A model generated the notes under the pieces. The model made no database searches, was not told the DNA's origin, and saw nothing but the letters and a program-made list of their open reading frames with translations. From Eledone cirrhosa (taxonomy: Eukaryota): a DNA stretch of 64,000 bases. Position numbers and translations under genes: made by a program. The DNA lies in assembly GCA_964016885.1 (NCBI GenBank), contig OZ024742.1, forward strand, positions 59,830,001-59,894,000, given 5' to 3'. How positions within the stretch are numbered: the stretch's first letter is position 1; the number at the start of each line of letters is the position of its first letter. Of this stretch, positions 1 to 11,448 are shown one piece after another.

Positions 1-2116
1 GACGGACTGCTTCGGCTCTCGACGACCGCAGCACAGTGTTGCGAAAACCAATAACAGCCGGTGAAAGCGATGGCTAACTGCACGAGGGGTAAATCGCCAA
101 GTTTGGATGGTCTGCCCTACGAGCTTTATGCATTTATGCCAGACTTGTTCGGTGACCTCTTGGCAAACGTCTACTGCAACTGGCAGCAGAACGGGGGCAT
201 TCCCAGTTTTGTGAGCTGGGCAGCGGTGGCGCTGCTGAGAAAAGACCCGAACAAGGGGGATATTATCGAAAATTTCAGGCCCATAATCCTGCTAAACGCA
301 GAGCTCAAGATTTTGGCCAAGGTGTTAGCAACGAGGTTGGCCCTTGTCGTCAAGGGTCTGGTGGGCGAGGCGCAAACATGCGCCATTCCGGACAGATCCA
401 TACACGACAAACTCCACCCATGCGATACATCATAGAGAGGGTGGTTAAGGAACCTGGCACGGGGCGGCCCCACATCAACTTGGATCAATCCAAAGCATTC
501 TATAGGGTTGACCATCGATACCTGGCGGCGGTCCTCGAGGCAGCCGGTTTCGGGCCCGTTTTCAGGGGTTGGATCGCTGCGATGTACAGCGACATCTGCT
601 CAGTAGTGAGGGTGAACGGTCACCTGTGGCAGCCGTTCAGCATCATGCGCTAGGGTCCGCTCTCGTCCCTCTTGTACGTATTGGCTCTCGAGCCAGCCGT
701 TACTGCACAAACTGGGGGCGTTGACGGGCGTCCCACGCGAACTAGGATGCGGGAAATCCGAGTCGGTTTATGCCGACGACGTCACTCTTGTGGTGTCGAG
801 CACCAGACACGTCCAGATGCTCGGCACCGCTCTCAAGGAATACGAAGCGGTGACAGGAGCAAAGATAAAGCAGGAAAAGTCGGTGGGCTTGCAGCTCGGC
901 ACCTGGAGAGGCAAGTCCATGCCCTCCGACAGCATCGTGGGGCGTTGGACGGATGGACCGGTTAAATTGCTCGGGGTCTGGTTTCGGACCGGACCTCCAG
1001 ATGGAGAAAAACTGGAACGAAGTGACAAGCAAAGTGGCCTCCCTCACCCAGAAATGGGCCGAGAGGAAGCTGTCCCTTAAAGGCCGGGCGGAGTTGGCGA
1101 ATGCGTACATCGCATCCGTCATCTGCTACTGCCTCACCATCGTCCCTTGCCCCGGCCCAACTCTCACCAAAATGGAGTGCCTCCTCTTCCGCTTTTTGTG
1201 GAAGGGACGCGTTCCCATGGTCAGACGATCCATCTGCTGTCAACACCCATTACGTGGAGGACTGGGCATGCCATGGCTGATGATGCACAAACATGCGCTG
1301 AGGCTACAACATCTCTGGTGCTTCCTTGATAGTGAACAGTTGTGGTCACCGTTCGCCAGGCACGTTTTCCCATAGCACGTCTCCTTGAGACCGAGGGATA
1401 GCGCTTGGAAACTGGAATGTCTCCAAGTGCTCACTGCCCTCTGCCAGCTGGGCAACTGTATCGGTGGAACATCCACCTCGGCGTTCTATAGAGGACTAGC
1501 GGAGGGTAATTGCGACGATGTTCTCGGAGAGATCCTGGGCGTCGAAGAAGATCAGCTGTTTGCTCTCTTCCGGAGAACTTTCAGCCCAGGGCCTATGGAT
1601 AACTTCCAAAAATCCCTGGCCTGGCAGTGCTACCGGGGAGCTTGCCGGTTCGAGATAAGCTCTACAGGCACGGAAGTGCCGTCAGTCGAGCCTGTCCGAG
1701 ATGCGCGCAGAGCGACGAAACCGTCGTGCACGCACTCGTTCAGTGCCCGAGCATTGCTGACTTGTCGAGCTATGTCGAACAGTTGCTGTCGCGTGTAGGA
1801 CTGATCCGGTTATCGACTGAGTCCATTGTGAAGATGGTCTCGCCGTCTTCCTTCGAGGAGGAAGGGCAGGCGGTTTTCATCTGCCTGGTGGCCATGGCGA
1901 AAGAGATTGTGTGGTGGACAAGGTTGAAAGGGTTAAAGACAGATACTTTCTTCTTCGGTGAATCCCTAATTAACTGTTTCAAGTTACACTTGAAGAGGAA
2001 AATCAAGGTAGAGAGGCAAGTGCTGCATATTTACACGCACAAAACCCACATGGCACCGCCCTGTGCCGTCTGTAATGTTTTTCTTGATGTCAGCCCTTGT
2101 GGCCAATAAAGAAATC
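1..2116 (+). mobile_element. Tx1/L1-clade LINE, degenerate ORF2 (RT + C-terminal CCHC) and 3' end; 5' part lies outside the window
   Basis: Frameshifted ORFs with KSPSLDG, NFRPIILLN, LDQSKAF, YADD and CPRC..ETVVHALVQC; ends AATAAAGAAATC+(ATT)n; diverged from the copy at 11298-17130. Confidence 0.93.
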
Positions 2117-2152
2117 ATTATTATTATTATTATTAGTAGTAGTAGTAGTAGT
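2117..2152. repeat. (ATT)n/(AGT)n microsatellite, tail/target of the LINE
   Basis: Direct reading. Confidence 0.95.
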
Positions 2153-2353
2153 AAAGGGCGTTGAATTGGCAGTATCGGTAGAAGGTTGGACGCCATGTTT
2201 TCTAGCATAGTTACGTCCCTTTACAGTCTGAGTTCAAATCCCGCCGAGGTTAACTTTGCCTTGCATCCTTACGGGATCGATAAAATAAAGTACCAGTAAT
2301 GTACTGGGTTATTGCTGGCCTTGTGCCTAAACTAAAAATAATTATTATTATTA
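2153..2353 (+). mobile_element. tRNA-derived SINE (abundant octopus-type family) with (ATT)n tail
   Basis: A-box-like TGGCAGTATCGG, B-box GAGTTCAAATCCC, core ..TTTGCCTTGCATCCTTACGGGATCGATAAAATAAAGTACCAGT; related copies at 36757, 47564, 39870 and 62935. Confidence 0.82.
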
Positions 2354-2355
2354 AT

Positions 2356-5300
2356 GACGACCTACGTAGTAAATCGTATTATCGTGAACTCCGCAAAGTT
2401 TTGTTATTTTCAGTTGTTTAAAATTGCCATTATTGGAAATTTTTTATTGTTAACCGTATATAAGTGCACATACATTGTTTTCTGAAAAGGATCCTCAAAA
2501 AGATTGGGGCCTTGAGCCCAAAATTTAAACTTTTATAATTATCAAACAAAGATTTTTCTTTGAAAAATCATGGACGACTCAGGGTCACACCTTCCTCACA
2601 AACTAACACCTCACATCGACACCACCATTGTAAATATTACTACGTTTGCCAACACTAAAAATATAAGCAGTAGCAATATTTTAAATTTGTCTCAGGCAGA
2701 CATTCATTTCCCGCCATTACCAATGACTGCAGGTGTTGAAGCCACCACCCCCACCACCACGACAGCGACAACAGAAACGAATTCGGCCAAAATGAACTCT
2801 TCCACACCGAACACCACTGACGCCACCACCACCACCACAACTGAAACTAAAATTGACAATAACAAAAATAACGATAACAACAAAAGCAACAATGAAATTA
2901 AGAAAACAACCCTGTCTTTTGCCAGAATAGCAAAAAAGTGCGAAGCGATTCAGTTAACTCAGGAGGAATTAGAAGAGGCCCAAAAAATGGTAAAGAAAGA
3001 TGGGTACAGGGTCAGGATCCCCCCCGCCACACCTAATAAAATGGAGCATCAGCGCCTATGCACAGTGTCTTATCGGACAATTAACATAAAATCGCGCCGA
3101 GTGGAACGAGCATCCGAGTCCTAAATCCCAAAAGCTTTGGGACATGTGTGGGCAAAAAAACCCCACATCAGACGTGGGCAGAGATATGGAATCTTGGACG
3201 TGTTCTTTGAAACACCACAGGAGGCCAGAGAACACTCCATGGCTCCATTAAGAAGTGACGACTTCACACTCGTCCCAAGCTATTGTGGCCAGAGACTCGT
3301 GAAGATCAGGGTGACCTACGTTCCACCGGCCATCGAATTTCCCTGGCTAATGGCTGCCGTCCGCGCCGGCATCGAAGCCAACACCCAGATAATGGAAATA
3401 GCGAAAGAAAAGCAGGAGAACTGGTCCGGATCTGGGATGGCGCTCCTGATACAAGCGGACCAAAAAAGCATTGAGGAGATCCAAGAGGTAATAGACCTCA
3501 TTGACGGCAGCAATCTCACCGTAATTATCGAGGGCAGAAGGCCTAGGTGTGTCGTTTGTGGTGAAGGAACCCACCTAAGGGCTTTCTGCCCTCAGGGTAA
3601 AAGGTTGAGGCCACATCTCCTACCCATCCCAGTGACTCAACCATCAACACCACCAGCAACAAAGATAGCAGCAACGACAGAAGCAACTGTAACAGCAACA
3701 ACCCCAGCAACAGTAGCAAAACCAACACCACCACGACCCAACGCACCAGAACTAGCACCAGCGCCTACACCATCCACCACGCCACAACCAAAACTAACAC
3801 CTGTGGAGGATTTTCCACTCCCCGACCTATCACAACTGGAGACAGATTGTGACGACTAGGAGTGGGAAACGGTATCAGGAAAAAAGAAAAAAAGAACCCC
3901 AAAAAGAAAAAAGGATGTACCCTCTCGTCCCTCTTCTACGTATTGACTATCGAGCCATTACTGCACAAACTGGAGACGATGAGGGTGGTCCCGCGCGAAC
4001 TAGGATGCGGAAGATCCGTGTCAGCATATGCGGACGATGTCACCGTAGTGGTGTCGAACGCCAAACTCATCGAGGCGATCGGCACTACACTAAGAGAATA
4101 CGAAGCGGTGATAGGAGCAATGATGAACCAGGAAAAGTCAGTGGGCCTGAAGCTCGGCACCTGGAGAGGCAGGTTCATGCCGTCCAACAGCGTCGTCGGA
4201 CGCCGGACGGGCGAACCGGTTAAATTGCTAGGGGTCTGGTTCGGTCCGGACATCCAGACGGACAAAAACTGGGACGAGGTGACGAGCAGGTGGCTTCTCT
4301 CACCTAGAAATGGGTGGGGAGGAAGCTATCCCTGAAAGGTCGAGCGGAGGTGGCTAACGCGTACATCGCGTCCGTCATCTACTACCGCCTGACCGTCGTA
4401 CCTTGTCCTAAGCCCAGCCTGACTGCGCTGGAGCGTTTCCTCTTTCGCTTTTTGTGGAAGGGACGCTCTCCGATGGTCAGGCGGTCCATCTGCTGTCAAC
4501 ACCCACTACGTGGAGGGCTGGGCATGCCGTAGCTGATGATGCGCAGACACGCGCTCAGGCTACGACATCTCCACCTCTTCCTCGACGGTGATCAGGTGTG
4601 GTCGCCGTTTTCTAGACACGCCTTTCCCCAGCTCGTCTCATTGACGGAGCTGCAGTCCTGGGTCAAGCGAAGACCGAGAGGGAGCGCTTGGAGACTGGAG
4701 TGTCTTCAGGCGCTCACAGCCCTCGACCAATCGGGCAATGTGATCGGTGGAAACTCCACCTTGGCGTTCTATAGAGGATTAGTGGAGGGGAAGAGCCACG
4801 ACGTAGTTGGAGAAAATCTAGGCATCGATGAAAATCAACTAGCCAATCTCTTCGGAAGGACTTTCGGGCCGGGGCCTATGGCCTACTTCCAGAAATCCCT
4901 GGCCTGGCAGTGCTACCGAGGAGCTTTGCCAGTTCGGGATAAACTCTACAGGCATGGAGGTGCCGTCAGCCGGGCACGTCCGAGATGCGCGCAGGGCGAC
5001 GAAACCGTCCTGCACGTACTCATCCAGTGTCCGAGTATTGCTGACTTGTGGGTTTATGTCGAACACCTGCTGTCACGTGTAGGACGGATCCATCTATCAG
5101 CTGAGTCCATCGTGAGGATAGCGCCGCCCTCTTCCTTTAGCCGAGAAGGGCAGGCAGTTTTTATCTGTCTGGTTGCCATGGCGAAAGAGATAGTATGGTG
5201 GACACGTTTGAAAGGGCTGAGGACGAGCACTTACCTCTTCGGTGATGCCCTGATTAACTTTTTCAAATTTCATTTGAAAAGGAAAATCAGGGTAGAGAGA

Positions 5301-5500
5301 GAAGTGCTCTCTGCCCAGCATTTTGTTGAAAGATGGGTTGAGAGAAGCAAGTATGGCCCGAGTGAATGGGCCTACTCTGAGTATGTGTCTGTAAATTAAA
5401 GGTGGAAAACTGGGAGAGGGCACTTGCCCTGGTGGTCAGGGCCACTGTGGTCTTTTAATGGGCTTTCTCCACAAATGTCCCTTGGAAGTCTCCCCCCTAT
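2356..5500 (+). mobile_element. Tx1-clade LINE copy A: intact 5' end, ORF1, ~2.5 kb internal deletion (APE and N-half of RT missing), 3' tail displaced by inversion
   Basis: Colinear with 11298-17130 except for a jump at ~3911 from the ORF1 A-rich tract to RT motif B (aaggatgt.ccctctcg); starts right after (TTA)n. Confidence 0.92.
2570..3859 (+). pseudogene. Tx1 ORF1 (RRM-like region + CCHC zinc knuckle, Thr/Pro-rich), with nonsense stops
   Basis: CVVCGEGTHLRAFC (CX2CX4HX4C); stops at 3122-3124 and 3857-3859; homologous to 11449-13433. Confidence 0.85.
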
Positions 5501-5568
5501 TTTTAAACAAACGGAAATAACAAACCTTTGCGGAGCTCACGATAATACGATTTCCTACGTAGGTCGCC
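5501..5568 (-). mobile_element. Inverted 5' head (~68 bp) of a Tx1 element, the piece missing from copy B
   Basis: Reverse complement matches 2356-2420; copy B at ~11305 begins where this head ends. Confidence 0.88.

Positions 5569-5605
<37 letters not shown>
5569..5605. repeat. (TAA)n tract shared by a Tx1 5' end and a Dong-A 5' end (head to head)
   Basis: Direct reading. Confidence 0.95.
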
Positions 5606-7164
5606 GGAAAGCTGCTGAAGAGTTCAGACATTAATCTTGATCGGGGGAACGTGATAAGAGAACTTGATCAAGAAAAAACTTACAAATATCTAGGTGTTTG
5701 TGAAGGAGACGGAATCAAGCACTCGACAATGAGGGAAAGGATAAGGAAGGAATGTTACCGCAGAGTAAGAGCAATCTTAAGAACGGAATTGAATGCAAGG
5801 AATAGGATCGATGCCATAAACACGCTTGCCATACCAGTAGTAACCTACAGTTACAATGTCATCAACTGGTCAAGCACAGAGATCCGTAGGCTCGATACAA
5901 AAAATCGAAAATTCTTAACCATGCACAGAATGCATCACCCTAAGGCAGATACTGATAGAATATATCTCCCTAGGAATGAAAGAGAACGTGGGTTAATCCA
6001 GTTAGATATTGCGTTGAAAACTGCAACAATTGGATTATCTACATATCTAAGGGAATCACATGATTGGATGATCAAACTCGTTTTGAAACACGAAAGCATC
6101 AAAAGATCATATTCCATTACAAAAGATGCACAAAGATACAGTAATGGACTACAAATTTCAGAAGTCCCATTTACTGCTGAAATGGAAAACACAGAAAAAG
6201 CAAAGCAGGTAAACGTAACTGCAAAGAAAGAACTGCTACAGAAACTGGCTAAGAAATGGCAAGAATAGCCTCTGTATGGAAAATACCCAGACCGAGCTAA
6301 CAATCCTGATGTTGACAAATTTTTAACCCATCAGTGGTTGGCATCCTCTGGACTGAAATCGGAGACTGAAGGACTGATTATATCGGCACAAGATCAGTGT
6401 CTGCCAACAAAAAATTACCAAGCCAACATAATAAAAAATGGGTGCAGCTCATTATGCCGTTTATGCAAAAAACAACCAGAGACCATTGACCATATAATTT
6501 CAACGTGCAGCCCTATAGCTCCAACCGAATACCTAAACAGGCATGACAGAGTTGCACAATACATATATTGGATAATGTGTAAGCATTTTGACCTGCCACA
6601 TCAAAAGAATTGGTGGGAGCATCAACCACATCCCATACTTGAAAAAGATCACATCTCAATCTTGTGGAACTTCTGCATCCAAACAGACCGAAAAATAGAT
6701 GCAAATAGACCTGATATAATATTGAAGGACTTTCAAAAGAGGGTATGCCTGCTAATTGATATGTCTGTTCCAATAGACAAGAATGTATCTATAAAAACAT
6801 TTGAAAAATTGAGCAATTATAAGGACCTGGAGATAGAAATTGGAAAATTGTGGAAATTGAGAACTAAAACAATACCAGTGGTTGTAGGCGCTCTGGGAAT
6901 GATACCTAGGGGGTCTAATGATTACTTATCGCAAATCCCAGGAAACCCGCGTATAGGAGAAATACAAAAGATAGTACTAATGGGAACTGCCCATATACTA
7001 AGGAAGATTCTGTCAATATAAGTACATCACAAGTCTAAACACTAATGATGCATGTGTGAGTATGTATGTTCTTTCTTGAACATGGCGGACCTTGTTGTCT
7101 CTTGAGGTCACTGGTTGTGACTTGGTGATAACTCGTATGAACATAAAGCAAGATAAATGCAACT

Positions 7165-7165
<1 letters not shown>
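5606..7165 (+). mobile_element. R4/Dong-clade RLE non-LTR element, family Dong-A, 5'-truncated (copy 1)
   Basis: YKYLG thumb region, CRLC..ETIDHIISTC, RHD, RPD..LIDMSVP..EKLSNY restriction-like endonuclease; 3'UTR ends AACTG+(TAA)n; one nonsense stop at 6266-6268. Confidence 0.92.
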
Positions 7166-7213
<48 letters not shown>

Positions 7214-7227
7214 TAATAATAATAATA
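7166..7227. repeat. (TAA)n spacer between tandem Dong-A copies
   Basis: Direct reading. Confidence 0.95.
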
Positions 7228-8195
7228 AAGCAAAGCAGGTAAAAGTAACTGCAAAGAAAGAACTGCTACAGAAACTGGCTAAGAAATGGCAAGAAAAGCC
7301 TCTGTATGGAAAATACCCAGACCGAGCTAACAATCCTGATGTTGACAAAACTTTAACCCATCAGTGGATGGCATCCTCTGGACTGAAATCGGAGACTGAA
7401 GGACTGATTATATCAGCACAAGATCAGTGTCTGCCAACAAAAAATTACGAAGCCAACATAATAAAAATTGGGTGCAGCCCATTATGCCATGTATGCAAAA
7501 AACAACCAGAGACCATTGACCATATAATTTCAATGTGCAGTCCTATAGCTCCAACCGAATACCTAAACAGGCATGACAGAGCTGCACAATACATACATTG
7601 GATAATGTGTAAGCATTTTGACCTGCCCCATCAAAAGAATTGGTAGGAGCATCAACCACCTCCCATACTTGAAAAAGATCACATCTCAATCGTGTGGAAC
7701 TTTAGCATCCAAACAGACCGAAAAATAGATGCAAATAGACCTGATATAATATTGAAGGACTTTCAAAAGAGGGTATGCCTGCTAATTGATATGTCTGTTC
7801 CAATAGACAAGAATGTATCTATAAAAACATTTGAAAAATTGAGCAATTATAAGGACCTGGAGATAGAAATTGGAAAAATGTGGAAATTGAGAACTAAAAC
7901 AATACCAGTGGTTGTAGGCGCTCTGGGAATGATACCTAAGGGGTCTAATGACTACTTATCGCAAATCCCAGGAAACCCGCGTATAGGAGAAATACAAAAG
8001 ATAGTACTAATGGGAACTGCCCATATACTAAGGAAGATTCTGTCAATATAAGTACATCACAAGTCTAAACACTAAAGATGTATGTGTGAATATGTATGTT
8101 CTTTCTTGAACATGGCGGACCTTGTTGTCTCTTGAGGTCACTGCTTGTGACTTGGTGATAACTCGTATGAACATAAAGCAAGATAAATGCAACTG
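7228..8195 (+). mobile_element. Dong-A RLE element, 5'-truncated (copy 2)
   Basis: Near-identical to 6197-7165; flanked by (TAA)n on both sides. Confidence 0.92.
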
Positions 8196-8209
8196 TAATA
8201 ATAATAATA

Positions 8210-10712
8210 GGGAAGATACGCACATGATGGATAGAATATTATGGAATCGCTCCCGTAGGTTTTTGATATTTTACATATTTAAAACAATCATGATAGAATA
8301 ATTCTTATTACAAATGGAACATACGATGCCAGTCTTTTACTCTCAGGAAGTGACAACGCATCACATTACGGCATAGGGCTCCAATATTTAACATTTAATT
8401 TTGTATCAGAAATGTTATAGTCAAAAATGAAAATGGTTACGAACAACTACCAAATAATTTCACCACCAACACCACCACCACCGCCGACCATCACCACTAC
8501 CACAAAATATCTAGCCAGGCTGCAGCAACACCATCACAATAGTACTACTATCCCATCACCACCACCACCACTGCATCATCGCTACCACCTCTATTCCCTC
8601 ACTACCTCCTGTTAAGAGAGGGATGGTAGTAGTGCCACTACACATGAATAAGCGAGGAAGGCATCAAAAGACATAAATAGACTTATTTAGTGACCCGGTC
8701 AAACACCTAACAATAACAACAACACCAAAATAATTATTCTTGTTGTATCTCTAAACTCTAAACTCTCTCAAAATGTTTAGTTTAAACGATGTCAAATCTA
8801 AACTATAATATAATAATTAATAATAAGCAACAAATCGAAAGATTATAGAACAGAAAACAGACAAAAACAAATTTCAAACGTTTTGAACGCAACAACGCCT
8901 ACTTCCCACGTAGCTAAAATCAAAAACAGCAGCAGCAGCAGCAGCAACAACAACAACACTAGTAACCGATGTTACTGGCCTTGAAAAATGAAAAACGTAA
9001 AGGAAAAAAAAAAAAAAAAAAACTAAGTCAGACATTCAAACATTACAATAAAACTTATGCTTATTTTTTTAAGTTTTTATCTATTTGTTTATTTATTTAT
9101 GTTCGTCTACAGCGTGATGGTGCCACGCTAAAATCACCTATGCTTATGTAACCTTACATTCACCAATCCTCGATATGAGTGTTTAAATGCTGAAACTAAA
9201 TAGTTCGAATAACGGTGAAAAGGAGACTGGAACGCCATGTGACAGACTCTCGCCCACCAAGTGCCCCCTCGCCCAGCAGCAGGGACCTGGCTGTCATCCA
9301 AATACTGCTGGTGTTGGAGGAAGAAGAAGAAGGAAAGTGACAAGAACCAACTGGACGAAAGAATTGAATAGAACTGTCATGGAATGTTACCTGAAGAGTA
9401 ACCCCTAGGAAAAAGGCTATAGGAAACGGGTGCATAACATCTGGAACGAGATTGGACTATTTAAATTGGATGAACAAAAATTGGCCGGGCAGGCTCGAGT
9501 AATAAGAACTAATGGATGGATAAGAGAGTTGGAACTGGAGGAACTGAGCAGAGAGATTAGGTTAGGAATGGAGAGTGGAGTATGCCAGACAAACGAGCCA
9601 GTGGGAAATGAAGGTGAAGAGATTGAGAGACCGGGGAAAGTATCCGAAGCAAACAATGATCTGAATGCTGAAATAAATAACATTTGGAACAAAGATACGA
9701 CTATTGAGGAAATGAATGCTGACGGGCTAGGACAAGATTTGGTTGATATCCTGAACTTAGTGGTAGATGAAATGAACAATGATAGTGGAAAACCTATGAA
9801 CCTAAGATTTGTAGACAGGAAAAAGTTAAAAGAAACAACAGCTACGGTAAACAAAGTCATCCCATACCTTGAGGCGAGAAACCTTCAGCAATGCAACAAT
9901 ATCCTCAAAGCAACCGCAAATGCGGTGAGGAAATTACTTGGCATAAAAGCGAGAGGAAACAACAAACAAGAAAGATCAGAACCTTGATGGAAGAAACGAC
10001 TGAATGGTCAAATCAAGGAAATGAGAAAAGACATTGGAAAACTTGAGTCCTTAATGAATGGGACAGTACAAAACATAGACACTAAAGATAGATTGGAAAT
10101 AAAATACAAATCTAGGGGTGGGTGGGGGAGCTAAATATTATCATAGAGGAAATGAAGCAACGCATTGTAGCAAAAAGTGCAAAGATTAGGCGGTCTGAGA
10201 ACAGAGTCAGTCAGTATAGACAGAAGCGCATGTTTGACAACAACCAGAGTCGGTAATAGAAAACGACCATGTGAAGGTGCTATGGGATTTTAGGATACAG
10301 ACGGACAGTAAATTATAACACAATAGGCCTGACCTGGAGGTTTTGGACAAGGAAAAAAGATCGTGCCTGATGTAGCCTGCCCATTTGACACGAGAGTGCA
10401 AGAAAAGAAGAAGTAGAAAATTAACCGATACCAGGATTTAAAGTGGGAGTTAAAAAGGATTTGGAACTGCCACTAAATCAAGGTCGTCCCGATTGTCATA
10501 GGCGCACTAGGTACTATCACAAAGAGTTTCCAATGATGGTTAAAGAAGATAAGTCCAGCCCCGTATTTTGGAACACTTAAAAAGGCATGCTTGCTGGGAA
10601 CAGTAAGAACCTTCCGATACGTCCTTAATATCTGAGGCTGCAGGTAGCGGCTTGATATTCATTTCAACAAACTTTCCCGTTAAATTACTTCAATGACTGT
10701 GTCTCAAAGAAC
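8210..10712 (+). mobile_element. Dong-B RLE element, older diverged copy with both termini and an internal deletion removing the RT
   Basis: 5' GGGAAGA..AATCGCTCCCGTA and ORF N-terminus (RTNWTKELNRTVMECYLKSNP) match 27118-31677; jump at ~10243 to the RLE region; (TAA)n on both sides. Confidence 0.88.

Positions 10713-10763
<51 letters not shown>
10713..10763. repeat. (TAA)n tract shared tail to tail by Dong-B (+) and a Tx1 3' end (-)
   Basis: Direct reading. Confidence 0.95.
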
Positions 10764-10764
<1 letters not shown>

Positions 10765-11297
10765 TTTTCTTTATTAACCAGAAGGGTTTACATAAAGTAG
10801 ACATTAAGGACAGTACAGGACAATACAGGACGGTACAAATGGGCATTTCTGCGTGTAAAAAAACAGAGGATGAAATAAAATAACAAAGAAAAATTCCCCA
10901 ATAGGGGGGAGACTTCCGAGGGACATTTGTGGAGAAAGCTCATTAAAAGAACACAGTGGCCCTGACCACCAGGGCAAGTGCCCTCTCCCAGTTTTCCACC
11001 TTTAATTTACAGACACATACTCAGAGTAGGCCCATTCACTCGGGCCATACTTGCTTCTCTCAACCCATCTTTCAACAAAATGCTGGGCAGAGAGCACTTC
11101 TCTCTCTACCCTGGTTTTCCTTTTCAAATGAAATTTGAAAAAGTTAATCAGGGCATCACCGAAGAGGTAAGTGCTCGTCCTCAGCCCTTTCAAACGTGTC
11201 CACCATACTATCTCTTTCGCCATGGCAACCAGACAGATAAAAACTGCCTGCCCTTCTCGGCTAAAGGAAGAGGGCGGCGCTATCCTCACGATGGACT
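10764..11297 (-). mobile_element. Inverted 3' end of Tx1 copy A, including an inverted duplicate of 5104-5501
   Basis: Carries copy-A diagnostic variants (SSFSREG, GLRTS, VLSAQH, extra T in GGGTTGAGAG); ends AATAAAGAAAAC+(ATT)n on the minus strand. Confidence 0.9.
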
Positions 11298-11448
11298 TTT
11301 ATGGAAAATTGCCATTTATGGAAAATTTTATTGTAAACTGTTTATAAGCACACATACATTGTTTTCCGAAAAGGACACCCAAAAAGATTGGGGCCTTGTG
11401 CCCAAAATTTTAACTTTTATTATTATCCAAAAATTTCTTTGAAAAAAA

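Noticed and set aside
2356-5568. Tx1 copy A as a DNA transposon or DIRS-like element with ~68 bp terminal inverted repeats
   Set aside because: The right-hand 'TIR' is the displaced 5' head of copy B, explained by the inversion; no transposase or tyrosine recombinase is encoded.
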